A stretch of DNA of 64,000 nt, taken from contig NMRA01000527.1 in NCBI GenBank assembly GCA_002633005.1, positions 1-64,000 of the forward strand, written 5' to 3'. Shown here one piece after another: positions 22,835 to 37,349 of the stretch. The position numbers and the translations under genes were made by a program. The stretch comes from Phoronis australis (lineage: Eukaryota; Animalia; Phoronida). Numbering within the stretch: position 1 is the first letter of the stretch; the number at the start of each line of letters is the position of its first letter. The notes beneath the pieces are model-generated. The model ran no database searches and was not told the DNA's origin. It was given only the letters and a program-made list of their open reading frames with translations.

Positions 22835-25020
22835 TTAATGACAACATTTAAGACACTGTCTTCCCATGTCATGGACGGCATTCTAACACCAAGAGTTTAT
22901 TCATGAAATTTGTAATCATCGTTTTCCAATTTTTTGTTGAATGCGATGACCAAGAGTATCCACGACTACTGCTGGTAATTCGTCAAGCTTCCTCGTTTTG
23001 TATCACATTGGAAGCCTTAGGTTCGGATGTGCAATACGGTGGTATTAGACAGACTTGTTATATTTTTTATAAATTTTATTTCGAGTGAAAAGAGAATGTG
23101 TCTGCGAATGAGTTTTTTGGTTCGCAGTATATGAAGAAACATGAAACCCCACGATTTTCATTATTTATTTGATTATTTATTTGGTTATACACTTATTTAT
23201 TTTTTGTTTGTTTTTCTCTTAGACATGTTGTCTACTTATATATTCCTGTTGTTTGTCTCATTCCATAAGAATCTTAGACCCGCGTTTATTTATTCGCAGT
23301 TTACACAAGTTTTGAATCTCACCTCAGTGTTTGTTGTTTCCATCAGAATGTGCATTGTAGAGAATTTAACTGTAGTTCACGATTTCACGTGACACACATT
23401 TGTGAAGAGTTCGTTAGTTTTTCATTATATGCATGAGTCGACTGTGTTGCTGCACGAACAGCCTGCGGCTATGTTACTTAACTTAATTAATTAAAATCCA
23501 AATGTCTGTTTAATGTTTTATTTGATGGTTAGTTACTTGGATACCTATGTACGACTATTTCATTGCAATCCGCTGTCTAGAACGAACAGTTTCGAGCTTA
23601 TGTTGCTCAAATTATTTTGATATGTTAATTTATTTGTCAATAATTTTGCTAACTTGCCTGACGTAATTCTTTGAACGTTTACAGGTTGGTACGCGAAACA
23701 GCCCACCGACTAGAGTAGGAAAGCCTATAGCGCCTTTTCATGTAAATATACAATTAGATCTTGTTGTAGTGAGGGACCATTATCACCACTCATTTACAAC
23801 GGTTTCCATGGTGATATGTAAATAGGGCTGTCACTGCGGATATGCGCAGTGCCGTCAGTGTCTATTTTACGGCTGACGTGTTGACTCAGTGATTAGTATA
23901 CTTGGGTTGTCATCAAGCATCGCGCAATAACATATAGCTCGGCAGACGCGTGAGTGCTGACCGAGATTAGAAACATGGGTTGACCTTTTTAAGGCTAGAC
24001 AGGAACCAAAGGATTGGGGGGAAATTGATTTCTTCGCACATACAAAATTATGGTCACCAGAGATCTGTTCCTTAGACGCAAAAAACTGGCGAAAAAAGAC
24101 AACGCAAGTTTCCGCGAGATGTCGCCATCGCTTCAAGCGAAGCACGTGAAACAGTAGGTTTTCTTGCCAGTGTCTTGGATGTACGGAACGCAGTCCAGGG
24201 CCCAAGGTCTAATGTTTGTACTCGAAATTGAACTGGAAACTATTTTCGATCTTCCGTTGTACTTTTGTACGAACTCAAGATGAGAGTCTCTTGTGCTGGG
24301 TTCGAGTAGGCCTGCATTACGCAAATAGGTTTCCAGTCTTAGTTCAAACTTGACTCCTTGATATTCTAGCTGGACTAAAGCTTGAGTAAGAACGGAATAT
24401 TTTGAATACTCAGAAATTTCGAGTTCAGACTCGAACTATTTGCTTTAATGATGGGGTCACAAAGTGCAAATTATAACTGGAAGTTATTTACATAAACAGT
24501 GATGTACTCCAACACAAAATGTCAGACACTTATCTTGAAGTAGCTCAAAAACAGAACGGACAATGTCAAAAATAATTTCGAGTTCAGTCATCGAGTACAT
24601 AGATTAAATCCCGGGATCAGATCTTGAAAACGAGGGATTTCCCATAATTCGTCATTCTAAGCATACTTAAGACTTAATAAGATGAACCCCAAAACGTCCA
24701 TGGCAACGTAGGCTCGATTGAAGAAAACGGCCTTCCGTACTATATAAACCTATATTTTCCTGTCAAGCACCTTGTGTACGCATGTTTCATATTTCAGTCA
24801 CGTCATTGACCAATGTAAGTCGTGATATCAACGACTGTTGCTATATTAGCTGATGAGTTTGAAACGACTGTCAGCCCAGCTCTTGACATTTTGTACAAAT
24901 ACATTGACGTATAGTGGTTGCTCAAACGTGGTGTCGTTCCGTAACGGCCAGCTCTTCCATGAGTGACTTGTGCATGATGTTATATATAGAGATTTTAATA
25001 AACAAGTGTCATTGAACTAT
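22835..25020 (+). other. Putative Scratch 3' UTR ending near AATAAA at 24997-25002
   Basis: U-rich sequence after the stop; the first canonical AATAAA I found is at 24997. The true end is not verifiable without RNA data. Confidence 0.5.
24195..24620 (+). mobile_element. MITE (older copy of the 60167-60572 family) in the putative Scratch 3' UTR
   Basis: Collinear similarity to 60167-60572 (GGGCCC..CTAAT.TTTGTACTCGAAA, AAATTTCGAGTTCA.ACTCGAACT, TAATTTCGAGTTC..TCGAGTA). Confidence 0.85.
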
Positions 25021-28000
25021 ATAAGAGTCAGTCTTAATTGTCATTAGTTGCACTACTTGTTGACTCAATAATTTAGCGTAAAGTTGAGCAATAAAAAAAT
25101 TTTCGCTGAATTTCACCATAAGCACTGTTTGTTGATCTAGAGGATGGAATAAAATTGTCGAAACGCCGGCAATCAATTAATAACAGTCTATAAAGCGTTT
25201 GTTTCATTCCATTCTGTGCTATCCAATTGACCAAACAAACAGCATCGTATTTGCAAATTGCCGCCATTTCAAGTTTTTATTGTTAGCAAAAATTTGTTTT
25301 CTTTTATCATACACACGCAAATCAGACGCTATCCAACAGCTTTTCACAGCAAGCGCAGAGTAAATCACGAAAAAATTGTTTTGACACGGGTTCCTAATGT
25401 GTCACAACTCTAATTTAATAACGCCATTTCATAGATTGAGATCGCAATGCAAGGAGCCCATCTGCCACGTTCTCACGTGGAATAATTCATCACTGGGTAA
25501 AAGAATAAATGATTAGTCTTAGTCTTAGCTGGTGGATTATTACGTACGAATGACCAAGTTCACGCGTGCAAGGAATTTGATAGAAGATTCGCACTGGAAT
25601 TTTTGCAGTTTTCAACAACGTAAGAACGAGTTGAGCTTTAACAAAAACTACTTAAATAAGGTACATCTTAGAGGCAGAGATTAGAATTGCTCGAAAGACA
25701 AAAGTCTTTGCTGCTTTTATGTAACTACACATCAGTGTTTGTGTCTTCCTCACCTGGCATTTGTGTGCGTTCGTAATTCCGAAAAGATTTGAACAAATAA
25801 GGTGTTGTTTGAAAATGACNGAGCAGTTGACTACATTACAGCTAATGCGTGTCGCGTAAACATTTCTGTTGCTTCACGCGCCACAGGTTGCTACTTGTTA
25901 ACTATGACATACTACTTTCTAAATGCGTTATTGATGTTTGCTATATTTTTCGCCGCCAACACAACCGCTAAACTTTGATTAGCGTGACCGAGTCAACCAA
26001 TGCCCACTTAAAGCCATCTCTTACCAGCAACTAGATTGCTTCATATCGATCTACTTGCGCCACTAATACCTTAGTGCACAGAAAGCCTCCAGTCAGATCC
26101 AATCGACATACATTCTTGCAAACATCCGTTAAAGACATAGATACTGTGTGTTGGAAAACAGTTGTTTAGCAATGTTCTACACACAACAATCATAAACAGT
26201 TATTTTGGTAACCATTAACAATAACAGGCGTTAACGTAAAGGAATTTGCGCACATTGTATTTTGCTTAAAAACAAAATTCAGGCTACATGTCATACAATA
26301 GCATTTGTTTTTTTGGAGAAAAGCTATGTAAAAACAAGAACAGACGTTGGTACGAATTAAAACACGATGTGTAGCCACGGTAGAGCCGCGTATTAAAACC
26401 TCTCTTCATTAAGAAGGTTTTGGTTAAAAAAGGCTTTATTCCATTACACGGGTCACCGACGTAGTGCTCGTGACTCATGCCATTGTTCGCGGTACGGCAT
26501 TGTGACTCGCTTCATAGGATATTCGTGTATATTACCCTAGTCAAAGACGGAAATTAGGAGATTTTTTCTCGGTTATTGATATTTCGAATGCCGTAAAGAG
26601 TCTCGCTGATTTTTAATTACGAGCCGCACAAATAATCCTGCGCAATTATTAATAGCTACGTCGAGGTACAGTCTGTCCGCCTCGTGCCACATAACTTTAA
26701 CGACAGATTGTTCTTAGGGGCACTTAGAGTTCTCAAGTAAAATATTGCCGCTCATTTCTATAGGATTCCATGCAATTAGAGAGCATTACTAGCAATCAAG
26801 AGGTGCATCTATTAATGCAATTTCAATAAAAATTTTGAATAAATCAAAGATAAGAGATCTGTCTGTAGCGGCGCAATTATCGCGCTGCACTGATTTGCAG
26901 TTCTACGATCGATGCTTGCCGAACACATTTTAAGAGTTCTACTCCTATGAATTCTTCATTTTCGAATAATAGCAAATTAGTTAAGGATGTTTAAGAAGTG
27001 ACTGGCCACACAATTTTTAAGTAAAATCGTAACAATTTGAATTATTATTGTGTAAATAATTGTCTTGCCTGAATATGGTAGTCAGATAAATATTGAAACG
27101 TCAATAGTACTGTTGATGGACTCCTGCATAGGGTTAATATGGGATAATGAAATTTAAATAAAAGGTCTTCAGAAGTTTTTTTAAATCCCCTTAGAATGTT
27201 TGTATCTTGTAATGAACACATGTTTCCATCAATGGAACATGTTGCTTTACTAATCATGTAATTTGCTAATGTACACGCAGTTCATCTCGTGCTCTCAATT
27301 TGACAGAGACATGAAATACGAACGTTGAAACACTCAGAAATCAGATTCAAACAGAGACTATATTCGTCTTTGATTCAACCGGCAGAGACACTAGCAGACG
27401 GCTCCAGGTTTTTTAGAATGTTCTAGAAACACGTGGATGAATGTTCACATATTCGTCATGTGTGGTCTCACTAGGAGATGGTGTTTCGAGGGTCGCTCCC
27501 TCCCCTCAAGACTAGTTATGTGCAGTAGACATGCATCCCTGGTGCATCAAGCAAAAGTCGAATACTCATTAAATGGGTAGTTTTGGCGTGAGTGTTGATA
27601 CTGAGCAGATACAAAGCACCGTTGAATTAATGTGAATCAAAAGGACCCTTGTCTCTTTCATCTGTCTGTACCAGAAAATTAATGGAAAAGGAATTCTGCC
27701 TCTGGAAATCGTCGCATTAAATAAGATTTGCGGCGCATTTCGTTTTTGATCATTAGTTTTGCTGCCGATGCCAGAAGACAGTTCAAATTAGATTTTCTGT
27801 AAACGTTCAAATGCTAAAGCAGCTCACTGAATGGCGTATCTAAAATGAAAATCTCGCTTTTTGATTTCTTGTGATAAAATAATGTTCACGCAACATTTAC
27901 ATTGCTTTGCTTTACTTATGAATATATACATGTATCGATACAAAAAAGCAAAGAGAACTTTTAAAATCGTGCTAATAGAAGGACCAGTGTGACCCATTTC

Positions 28001-28750
28001 CAAACGAGCAAACATGTTCTCCTCTTTTTTCGCGGTCTGTTTTTGATTTATGATCTATGGGGTTTAATAACCATGGAGTGATTCCTCGAGCATGTAATTT
28101 TCCCATTTTAACTTGATGAATTAGTATACTGAACAAATAGCAACCTCATTCTTGTAAACATTAATTTCGCCAAGAAAATTAGTCTTTGTGTTCTTTGTTC
28201 GACTGTTAGTAAAAAGTGGTGTTCTATCGTTTGCACAATGCAAGTGCTCATTTCCGGCATGGTTCCATTTCCGGTTAAACGCATGCTGGAACGTTTGCCA
28301 ACATTGACGAAATATTACATGTGGTGTGTGATATTCAACATGCTTTTTGATTACAGCAGCAACCGTCACGAAGTGGAGGAAAACAGAATGTACAGCAGGG
28401 CTGGGTTGCATAAAGCTTCAAAATTATCCGCTGGATAATTTGCATGACGTAAGGTAGATTGTTCAACAATAACAACGTGGCACGTGTTATTGCGACGTCA
28501 TTGTTGCTATACAGCGTATAACTGTTATGCAACTGAGCCCAGAACGCGTTGTTTTGTATTCAGATAATTTTTGAGTTACAAAAACCAAAAACTTAATACA
28601 GGAGGCTTTTCCCCGATGCCTACTGCTACTGCACACAGTAAAGCTCCGTGTAGCATCATCTTTGAAAACCACTGTTTTGGTTTATTTCATTTTTAAATAC
28701 GGCTAGTTACCGGTAGCGTTTCTGATTAAAAATGGTAAATACCACGGACC

Positions 28751-29315
28751 NNNNNNNNNNNNNNNNNNNNNNNNNNNNNNNNNNNNNNNNNNNNNNNNNN
28801 NNNNNNNNNNNNNNNNNNNNNNNNNNNNNNNNNNNNNNNNNNNNNNNNNNNNNNNNNNNNNNNNNNNNNNNNNNNNNNNNNNNNNNNNNNNNNNNNNNNN
28901 NNNNNNNNNNNNNNNNNNNNNNNNNNNNNNNNNNNNNNNNNNNNNNNNNNNNNNNNNNNNNNNNNNNNNNNNNNNNNNNNNNNNNNNNNNNNNNNNNNNN
29001 NNNNNNNNNNNNNNNNNNNNNNNNNNNNNNNNNNNNNNNNNNNNNNNNNNNNNNNNNNNNNNNNNNNNNNNNNNNNNNNNNNNNNNNNNNNNNNNNNNNN
29101 NNNNNNNNNNNNNNNNNNNNNNNNNNNNNNNNNNNNNNNNNNNNNNNNNNNNNNNNNNNNNNNNNNNNNNNNNNNNNNNNNNNNNNNNNNNNNNNNNNNN
29201 NNNNNNNNNNNNNNNNNNNNNNNNNNNNNNNNNNNNNNNNNNNNNNNNNNNNNNNNNNNNNNNNNNNNNNNNNNNNNNNNNNNNNNNNNNNNNNNNNNNN
29301 NNNNNNNNNNNNNNN
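28751..29315. other. Assembly gap (N run)
   Basis: Run of N. Confidence 1.
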
Positions 29316-29399
29316 GCATTTATTTGATGTTAGTACTTCGGGTTTCAAGCGTTCAGACATTGGGACGTTTATTTCGAAAATTGCAAGAGATGCAAATAG

Positions 29400-30944
29400 G
29401 TCCTGGGATACATCGTCAAGGTTTGAAGTAGTCCATGATGAACGGATCAAATTTAGTTGCGCATGCTGTAAGCCTTTTGAATGGACTAGGCTACCTCAGG
29501 GGGCTTAGTGCCAACCGATCTACGAAACGAGATGCTGACATTGTAGAGGCTTACAAGCTCATTGACATAGCAGTTGGCAAAGTGCAAGTGTTGGGAACAA
29601 ACATCGAAGATGTCTGGGTAGAATGGTTCCAAGACGAGCAAACCTTTGGATCCGATATACAGATTCCTCGGCAGTCTAGACAACAGAAAGATAGGGCCAA
29701 CGTTCCTGGAGAAACACCCTGGTAATAAGTTATAATTCTACACAGTTTGTATATAATGTCGGTTTTTTATGTTTGTGTACAATGAAAACGAAATGGAAAT
29801 TATTTTTGAACATGCCAAATCTACCCAGTACAGCAAAGGGTCTACGAGCGCACAGAAACTGATTCTGGTTTGTATTTCCACTTGAGTCTATCTGCCTCAT
29901 ATCCAAAATATATTTCCCGTAGTGCGTAGTTGAATCTGTACTCAATACTTGTTTCTTCCAGTGAGTACTACAGAACGGTGCGAAAACCCTTCCTAGACAA
30001 CCTCTCGCAGCAGTTGACCACCTGATGTGTAAAATAAACGTATGAGCAACCACTGGGGATTAAAAAGTGTATCGAGAGAAGTTTTCAATTCAAAGTTTTT
30101 TGCAAAGTACATTTTAGGTCTCGCGACGGACCAGGCCAGCTCGATTTGTGTAGATATTGAGTTTCAATGTACTTCTGGCCCCTCGGTGAACTATTTATCT
30201 CAAGCAGTACTGTTTGGTCCCGCGACAGATCGACTATTTTTATAGGGATAATAAGCACAGGTGTACTTTTGCTCTCGTGACGGACCAGCCAGAGTTTTTG
30301 TGTACTCTCAGTGTACATCTGGTCTCTCTGCGAACTGGTCCTGTTATCTTTTCACCACGGTGCACAGAATGTTTTGGTTTCGTGAAACTGTTTTCTAATA
30401 CATTTGACGTTTTTCAATTGTTGTCAACGTGATTCAGCTTAATAAAGTGATACTTAATTGTTTATTGTCGCTTTTAATATTACTCTATGAGCTGAGAGCA
30501 CCATAGTTCGCCAGTTTTTCTCGTAACGAGACAGAACACACGTTTACTTCCGGACTAACAGTACAGGTCTTCGTTCTTAAACAGCTTGAGGCTGTTGCGA
30601 TCATCTGATATTCAAGTTTTTACGCCCTGTCGGTGCTCCTTCGTGAATATTTGGCAGTTGTCTAAACCCCTGTATACACACCACACTTTTTTCAGTGTAT
30701 GCCAAAAAAGGTGTGTGTAAGCAGATGTTCCAACAAAAATGTTTGCTGGTGGTGTGACTCATACCCAGATGTGCACAACGAAACTCATGAGCCGCCAAGT
30801 TCATGTGATAAAATCGAGAAGGGTTTTTAATGGGAGGGGAGAAACCCCCCTCCCGACCTCCCCCAGCTCGGCGCCACGCGCCTCGGATTCGACCTTTGCG
30901 GGTATCCTAATCCCCCCCTTACTGAAAACGTAGGTCCGCCACTG
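29400..30944 (+). mobile_element. Decayed hAT element: transposase fragment (P52rIPK/ZMYM-like hAT type) and probable right terminus
   Basis: 29435-29725 encodes GLS...DIVEAY..I.....W.EWF....IQIPRQSRQQKDRANVPGETP, resembling the PR..RQ..R.NVP..TP region of these transposases. GGTCCGCCACTG end at 30933-30944. Linking the two is inference. Confidence 0.65.
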
Positions 30945-31854
30945 CGGGTATTAATCATGGAAAGAACTCTTCGTTTATGGACCGGAAGTGGTGTCTTCTA
31001 TCCCATAATTTGTGAACTCTATCCTATAACTCACCAATCCAGCCTCACCGACCAATCACTTTAGTGACCACCGTTACAATACAGTTTGAGCGCAAGGATC
31101 AGTTTTACTGCTAACAGCGGGTGGTGTGATAAGACCCAAGGCGTGTTCTTGTGAAGACAAATTACATAGTGTCTTTGTTTATGAAAGTGAAAATTTCAGA
31201 GCTCGATCCGTCGTTTTTCATTGCCATAACATTATTTGTAGATGCTTGAAAGCCGCATATTTTCTAGTTCCGCAGGCCGGCGAAGTATTTCAAACGTCCC
31301 ATGGACGATGAAATGTGAAAATTAGATTGATTTGTTCTACCAAACAACAAAAATGTGGCCACAATTGGACGCAGAACTCTTTCTCAACTTCTTAAAATGC
31401 ACTTGAGTGACCGCGATTTTGTTTCTTCAAAACCAAATTTCGGCTTAACTCTCCGTGCGTCGTGCCTGTAATAAATCGTTTTGATGTTCTTCGTTGTGTT
31501 CATGTAAATTGCATGTAACAACAGCTGTTCATGACACACTACCAAATTGAACAACCAAACGTTTCAAAAGATTTTAAACTTGATTTGATACGGTTCTTTG
31601 ACAAATTACTGTTTTGAGCGGGCTCAGTCACCGACATGTTACTCCGCCCCCGAGTCGGTCTCGCTACTGTGGTAACTGGCCTTTGGTTGAGTAGGAACCT
31701 TTTCCGTTTCGGGCATACTCGCGAAGCACTCGCCTTTCAGTCGTGTAATTTTGGGTGGTTTTTGCGTGATCTTTCTTTTTCGCTAGGCTTTCCCTTCTAC
31801 GAAACGCTGCTCGGGCTTTGTGGCCCAAACGCCAGTGACGAAGAACGTCAGATG

Positions 31855-33922
31855 ACGCCAACAATTGCTGTGCGATTGATAGGCCAGAAACGTAAAAACA
31901 CGTAGGCCTACACAATGATTTGGAGGCCGGCAAAATTTATTCGCCACATCAAGTAATTAAACAGAAGCCGAGCAAGAATTTGAAATGTCATTTGCTACCA
32001 TCGGCGACACGCAGTGTAATTACATATTTTATAGGCAAACCACACGGCGAGCCTCTCGTCTCATCTCGCTATTAATTCGAGATCGATGGCTAATTTCCTT
32101 TACGTGTTGCGCACGCTGTTTGACCGGAATCTACAGTGTGTTTGCTGAAGTCCCGTTGACAAAGAATTCGGACAGTACGCTTTTAAATAACAAAACTCCT
32201 TGAACTTGTGCTGAGCCCACTGGTGACAATGATATGTTTTCAGTCATGTGGTTTATTTTAGAGAGACAATACATGAGTATTTTATACGCATTGATCAACA
32301 CCCAATATGTTGCGTTCTTCAGTAGAAAAAGCAAAAACCTCCATTGGTCGAACCGCTGTGGGGCGACAGAGGCACAGGCCTCGACATGAGCGGCGACAGA
32401 GGCACAGGCCTCGACATGAGCGCGTACATGCTCGCAAATACGAGTAGAAAAGGTAAAATACGAGTAGGAAATTGATGTCACTAGAATTATTTGAACGACC
32501 TTGGAGCAGACGTTCTGCGGGTCTTTTTGTTCTTTTTTTTTTGATCGTCTTTTTGGTCGTCACTATTGGTCGTCACTTTTGGTCGTCACTTTTGATCGTC
32601 ACTTTTGGTCGTCACTTCTCGCGAGTGTAAATGTGGAAATACGAGTGCACAATATGTCGTCATCGTATTTTCGAGCCACAAACTTGCTTACATTCTAAAA
32701 ACGACTGAACATTTATTTTGCAGCAGATAATACTCGTCTTCCGCAAGAATTAAAAGGATAATTACTTATTAAAAATAGCTGTTGCCCGTGGGAATCAACT
32801 ATGTTTTCAAATCGCAGAAATACACCCTATAGCGCCCTTAAAGTTTTCTTCAATGGAGGCAAAGACAGTGTGGGCACGATTGCCATCTNACGCCAACAAT
32901 TGCTGTGCGATGGATAGGCTAGAAACGTAAAAACACGTAGGCCTACACAATGATTTGGATGCCGGCAAAATTTATTCGCTACATCAAGTAATTAAACAGA
33001 AGCCGAGCAAGAATTTGAAATGTCATTTGCAACCATCGGCGACACGCAGTGTAATTACGTATTTTATAGGCAAACCACACGGCGAGCCTCTCGTCTCATC
33101 TCGCTATTAATTCGAGATCGATGGCTAATTTCCTTTACGTGTTGCGCACGCTGTTTGACCGGAATCTACAGTGTGTTTGCTAAGTCCCGTTGACAAAGAA
33201 TTCGGACAGTACGCTTTTAAATAACAAAACTCCTTGAACTTTTGCTGAGCCCACTGGTGACAATGATATGTTTTCAGTCATGTGGTTTATTTTAGAGAGA
33301 CAATACATGAGTATTTTATACGCATTGATCAACACCCAATATGTTGCGTTCTTCAGTAGAAAAAGCAGAAACCTCCATTGGTCGAACCGTTGTGGGGCGA
33401 CAGAGGCACAGGCCTCGACATGAGCGGCGACTGAGGCACAGGCCTCGACATGAGCGCGTACATGCTCGCAAATACGAGTAGAAAAGGTAAAATACGAGTA
33501 GGAAATTGATGTCACTAGAATTATTTGAACGAGCTTGGAACAGACGTTCTGCGGGTTTTTTTTTTGTTCTTTTTTTGATCGTCTTTTTGGTCGTCACTTT
33601 TGGTCGTCACTTTTGGTCGTCACTTTTGGTCGTCACTTTTGGTCGTCACTTCTTGCGAGTGTAAATGTGGAAATACGAGTGCACAATATGTCGTCATCGT
33701 ATTTTCGAGCCACAAACTAGCTTATATTCTAAAAACGACTGAACATTTATTTTGCAGCAGATAATACTCGTCTTCCGCAAGAATTAAAAGGATAATTACT
33801 TATTAAAACTAGCTGTTGCCCGTGTGAATCAACTATGTTTTCAAATCGCAGAAATACACCCTATAGCGCCCTTAAAGTTTTCTTCAATGGAGGCAAAGAC
33901 AGTGTGGGCACGATTGCCATCT
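31855..33922. repeat. ~1.03-kb near-identical tandem duplication (31855-32888 / 32890-33922) joined by a single N; contains a 13-bp TTTTGGTCGTCAC array
   Basis: Direct comparison; N at 32889. Confidence 0.95.
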
Positions 33923-36900
33923 GAACTCANCACTTCCTTCTCTTTGGTTTCATCACGTCCCAGGAGGCACTCGGTTATTTTTAACTGGAGTGCATCAGGA
34001 AAATTAAGTTATGACATTCATTTAGAGAGTGGACTCGAAATGGGACTCATATGTAGGGAGCTTAGCAAATAGTACAACAACTTACAATTGATACTTGACA
34101 AAAACAATGATTACTATGATGTGAAAGTAAACATTAATGATTGATGCAGATTCTCTAGCTGATTGCGATAAACATAGGACTTGGGAGTACAATGCTCTGT
34201 TTAAGCTGTGTTCTTTCACAATTATGTATCACACATATGAAAGCACAGGTTGGTCTTAACGCTGGATATGACGTATTTTAAGATCTCCTTGGCTTATTAA
34301 CACAATTTAAGGTCCGCTAAACGGTATACTGCCCTCGGTGAAAGCCAGTGAAAAGAAAAAAACTCTTCGCTTTTTAAAGCAATTGTGCTTTAAAAGAGAT
34401 TTACGGACAAGGCATCGCCAATACTATTAGGCACTCGTACGAAGTTCGAGAAATTCTGTTTGAGTTGTACAATGTAAATACAACATAGATATACATTTGC
34501 ACAAATACGATTACGAAATAAGTCAACAAGTAAGCAAACGGAAATTGAGGATCACATTATGGCTTGATGTCAGATTTCAGAGCTTGAGTATTCCGAGAGT
34601 TCGGTCAGTCCAAGATGTTACAAAGCAAAGGACCAAGAAGCCACCATCAAAGACCACAATTCCTTTCAATGTAACATACAAAAAATCGGTTGCACTTGAA
34701 TTTTAACCACCTTTAAAGAGACATTGTCGTTTTACGGCCGAGGAACACTTTTTGAAGGTTATCGTTCGATGGTATAGACGACTTAAAGTTATTAACTTTG
34801 ACCAAAGCCATAAAACAGGAAAGTCCGTTGTGTTTTGGGGACTTATTACTAGTCGCCAATTCTTGCCGTTGTCCGCCAGACATTCGCTGAAATAAAGGCC
34901 GGTGATTTCACGCTTAAAAGACTTTGACATTTATCGGGTGGTGTTTAGGTCCGTCAAAAGACAGTGACCACCGTCTCTATAGCTGGCTCCGTTAGGAGAT
35001 TCATACGCCAGAAGATTTTTCGGCGAATTATACATCACACTGATTAAAACATCCAAGTCGCGTTGTGTAAATACCTTTCGCGCATAGAGGGACACCTTAG
35101 AAGACCGTTGATTTTTTCCAACTCAAACAAATACTCCCGTAATCAAACTTTTTTCGAGAAGTCCTTGTTTGAGTCCCCAAATCGGCAGCTGGCTATTTTT
35201 AGCAACGAGCGCCCGCGGTAAAAATAGGAGCGCGCTCAGTGTAAAACTGCCCACTTGCCGATTTGAGCAGGAGAACTCGGGGATTCTAAGTTCGAGTTTC
35301 CGTTGATGCTGCTCACAGACAATTAATTCTTGAGACCACGTGTGGCGCGTTAAGTGATCTGCCGTGACAAGCCACCTTGTCGAGCGTAGTTTCAAGCAGT
35401 AAAGGTTTCCCAGTTATTTCCATGATTAGAAATCACCTTTAATTTGAGTATGGAAAAAGATGAGACAAATTTCATAACCTTAATGGGTCAAAAGTTAATA
35501 ATATCTTTTTGACGGAAAGTGAGTTTATCGCGGCTATTAAATTGAATGTTCTGTCAAATGTCCCGCGTTTTTGATGAGGTGAAATTTGTACTATTGTCTA
35601 CCATAATTATTATTTTATAGTGATGGCAAATCTCAATATACACACCACATCCAATTTGACGGCAATAATTCTTTTTTAATAGACATTTTGAATTCCGCGA
35701 AGGCGAAAATACTTGAGATCATGGCTTCGTCAGTTACTGAAGACTGCAAGTTACCATTTTCTTCGCGACATATTCACACAGTGTAGGTACTAAAACAAAA
35801 CAAAACAAAAAATAGTGATGAATCTGATTCCAACACTTCCCGGGTCTATTTTTAGAGACCTTCTCAGTCATAGCTACCAATAATCAATTGCTTAATACAG
35901 TTTAGCATGACATGTATTAGTATCTCAAGACGTAGACTTATTGATTTTTCACTCAAGCAACACGTTGGTGAGTTCCCATGGTAGTACTGGTGAGCCACTG
36001 ACAAAAGGGTCAACTGGAGTGAATGGCCAATATGTTGTATTCACAATTCCGAAACCTAATTATGGCACATGGGATGGTACGTCAAGGACGCCTGCGAGGC
36101 ACCGGCAAAGCTCCACCATTTTGCTCCACGAACGCAACAGTAAATGTCAGCACGTACATTTAGACAAAATCTTGCTGATTGAACTTCTGGTCCTCCTGCT
36201 TGAACCAATTTCTTTTCAGTGTATCCGCACGTTCTATGAATAAATTGCAAGCAAAAACGCCGCATATTTAATTGCGGTCGATTACTGTGACCCTGTGACT
36301 GAGAAGCTCAAGAGAAGCCACACTGGAAGCAAATGGCTGTTTCTTGGGAGTTATTGCTGATCGACATCGACTACGTGGCGTGTGTTATTTCCTGCTGAGG
36401 TCTTGCGTGACACGTTGGACTTTCATTTCCGCCCATTGTAAAAAATTAAGTAAACGGTTTGAGGAATTGTGTACTAGATAAAACCAAACACAAATAAACA
36501 AGTTAACACAAAACACCGGAACCCTCTCTACTGCACGACGGAAATGGAAATCATGTGCCCGTTACGTAGACGTAACAAACTTGAGAAACAGCAAGATCAC
36601 ACAAGTCTTTGCGAGATTTCGTCATGCAAAGCATAGCTTTACTCGCGAAATTCTTGCGTCTGCGGAACTCAGCCTAAGATACATTCGACACGGTTTCGTC
36701 AGCCATCTTGAATTTTTGTAAGATTCCAATTCAAAGAGACAGGAGAGTAAGGGTTGTAAAACCAAACATTCCAAAAAATCACAAAATAAGTACTAAAAAG
36801 TAGCAAATACACTTTCATCAAACATAAAAGAATGACATTTTTATTGTCAATTAAGAACACAACATCGAAGTGCGCGTTTAGAATGCCAATGTTTGGGTTA

Positions 36901-37163
36901 CTTTTGTCATGCCAGTTACGTATTTTTAAAAGTCAAATTATTTCAGGAAGCAAATTAAAATGGCTTGTGGACGCTGGAATATACATACAAAATTATTAAG
37001 TTAGCTGCTTTCTCTAAAATTTGTCTTTTGATCGGCAGAAGAGAGCATTATTTGACTACATTATATTCACCAGCAGCACGAGATGCTAGGAAAACCTAAT
37101 CATGGAATCCAGAGCCTACCTTTCCAGGAACACTTAAAGGTAGTATATTGAACGCTGTGCAGT

Positions 37164-37349
37164 TACATGTAATATGATTATTCACTTTTTGACATTCGGT
37201 TTCACACAAAGGTAAGTACTGAATGTACATGTGATATGACTATTCACATTTTGACATTCGGTTTCACACAATGGTAAGTGCTGAATGTACATGTAATATG
37301 ACTATTCACATTTTGACATTCGGTTTCACACAACGGGAAGTGATGAATG
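37164..37349. repeat. 62-bp tandem repeat x3
   Basis: TACATG..ATATGA.TATTCAC.TTTTGACATTCGGTTTCACACAA units start at 37164, 37226 and 37288. Confidence 0.92.

Noticed and set aside
24850-24875. CTGATGA-GTTT-GAAA-CGACTGTC minimal hammerhead-like string
   Set aside because: Stem I cannot form and stem II is essentially absent.
27255-27271. Exact 17-bp inverted match to 58804-58820 (CATGTAATTTGCTAATG)
   Set aside because: A rough estimate suggests about one such match is expected by chance in 64 kb of AT-rich DNA, and there is no flanking similarity.
28707-29508. Long ORFs spanning N runs (also 41478-42006)
   Set aside because: Artefacts of translating assembly gaps.
32131-33720. Duplicated ORF pairs (116/111 aa, 93/93 aa)
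   Set aside because: They arise from the N-joined duplication and internal short repeats; no recognisable domain.
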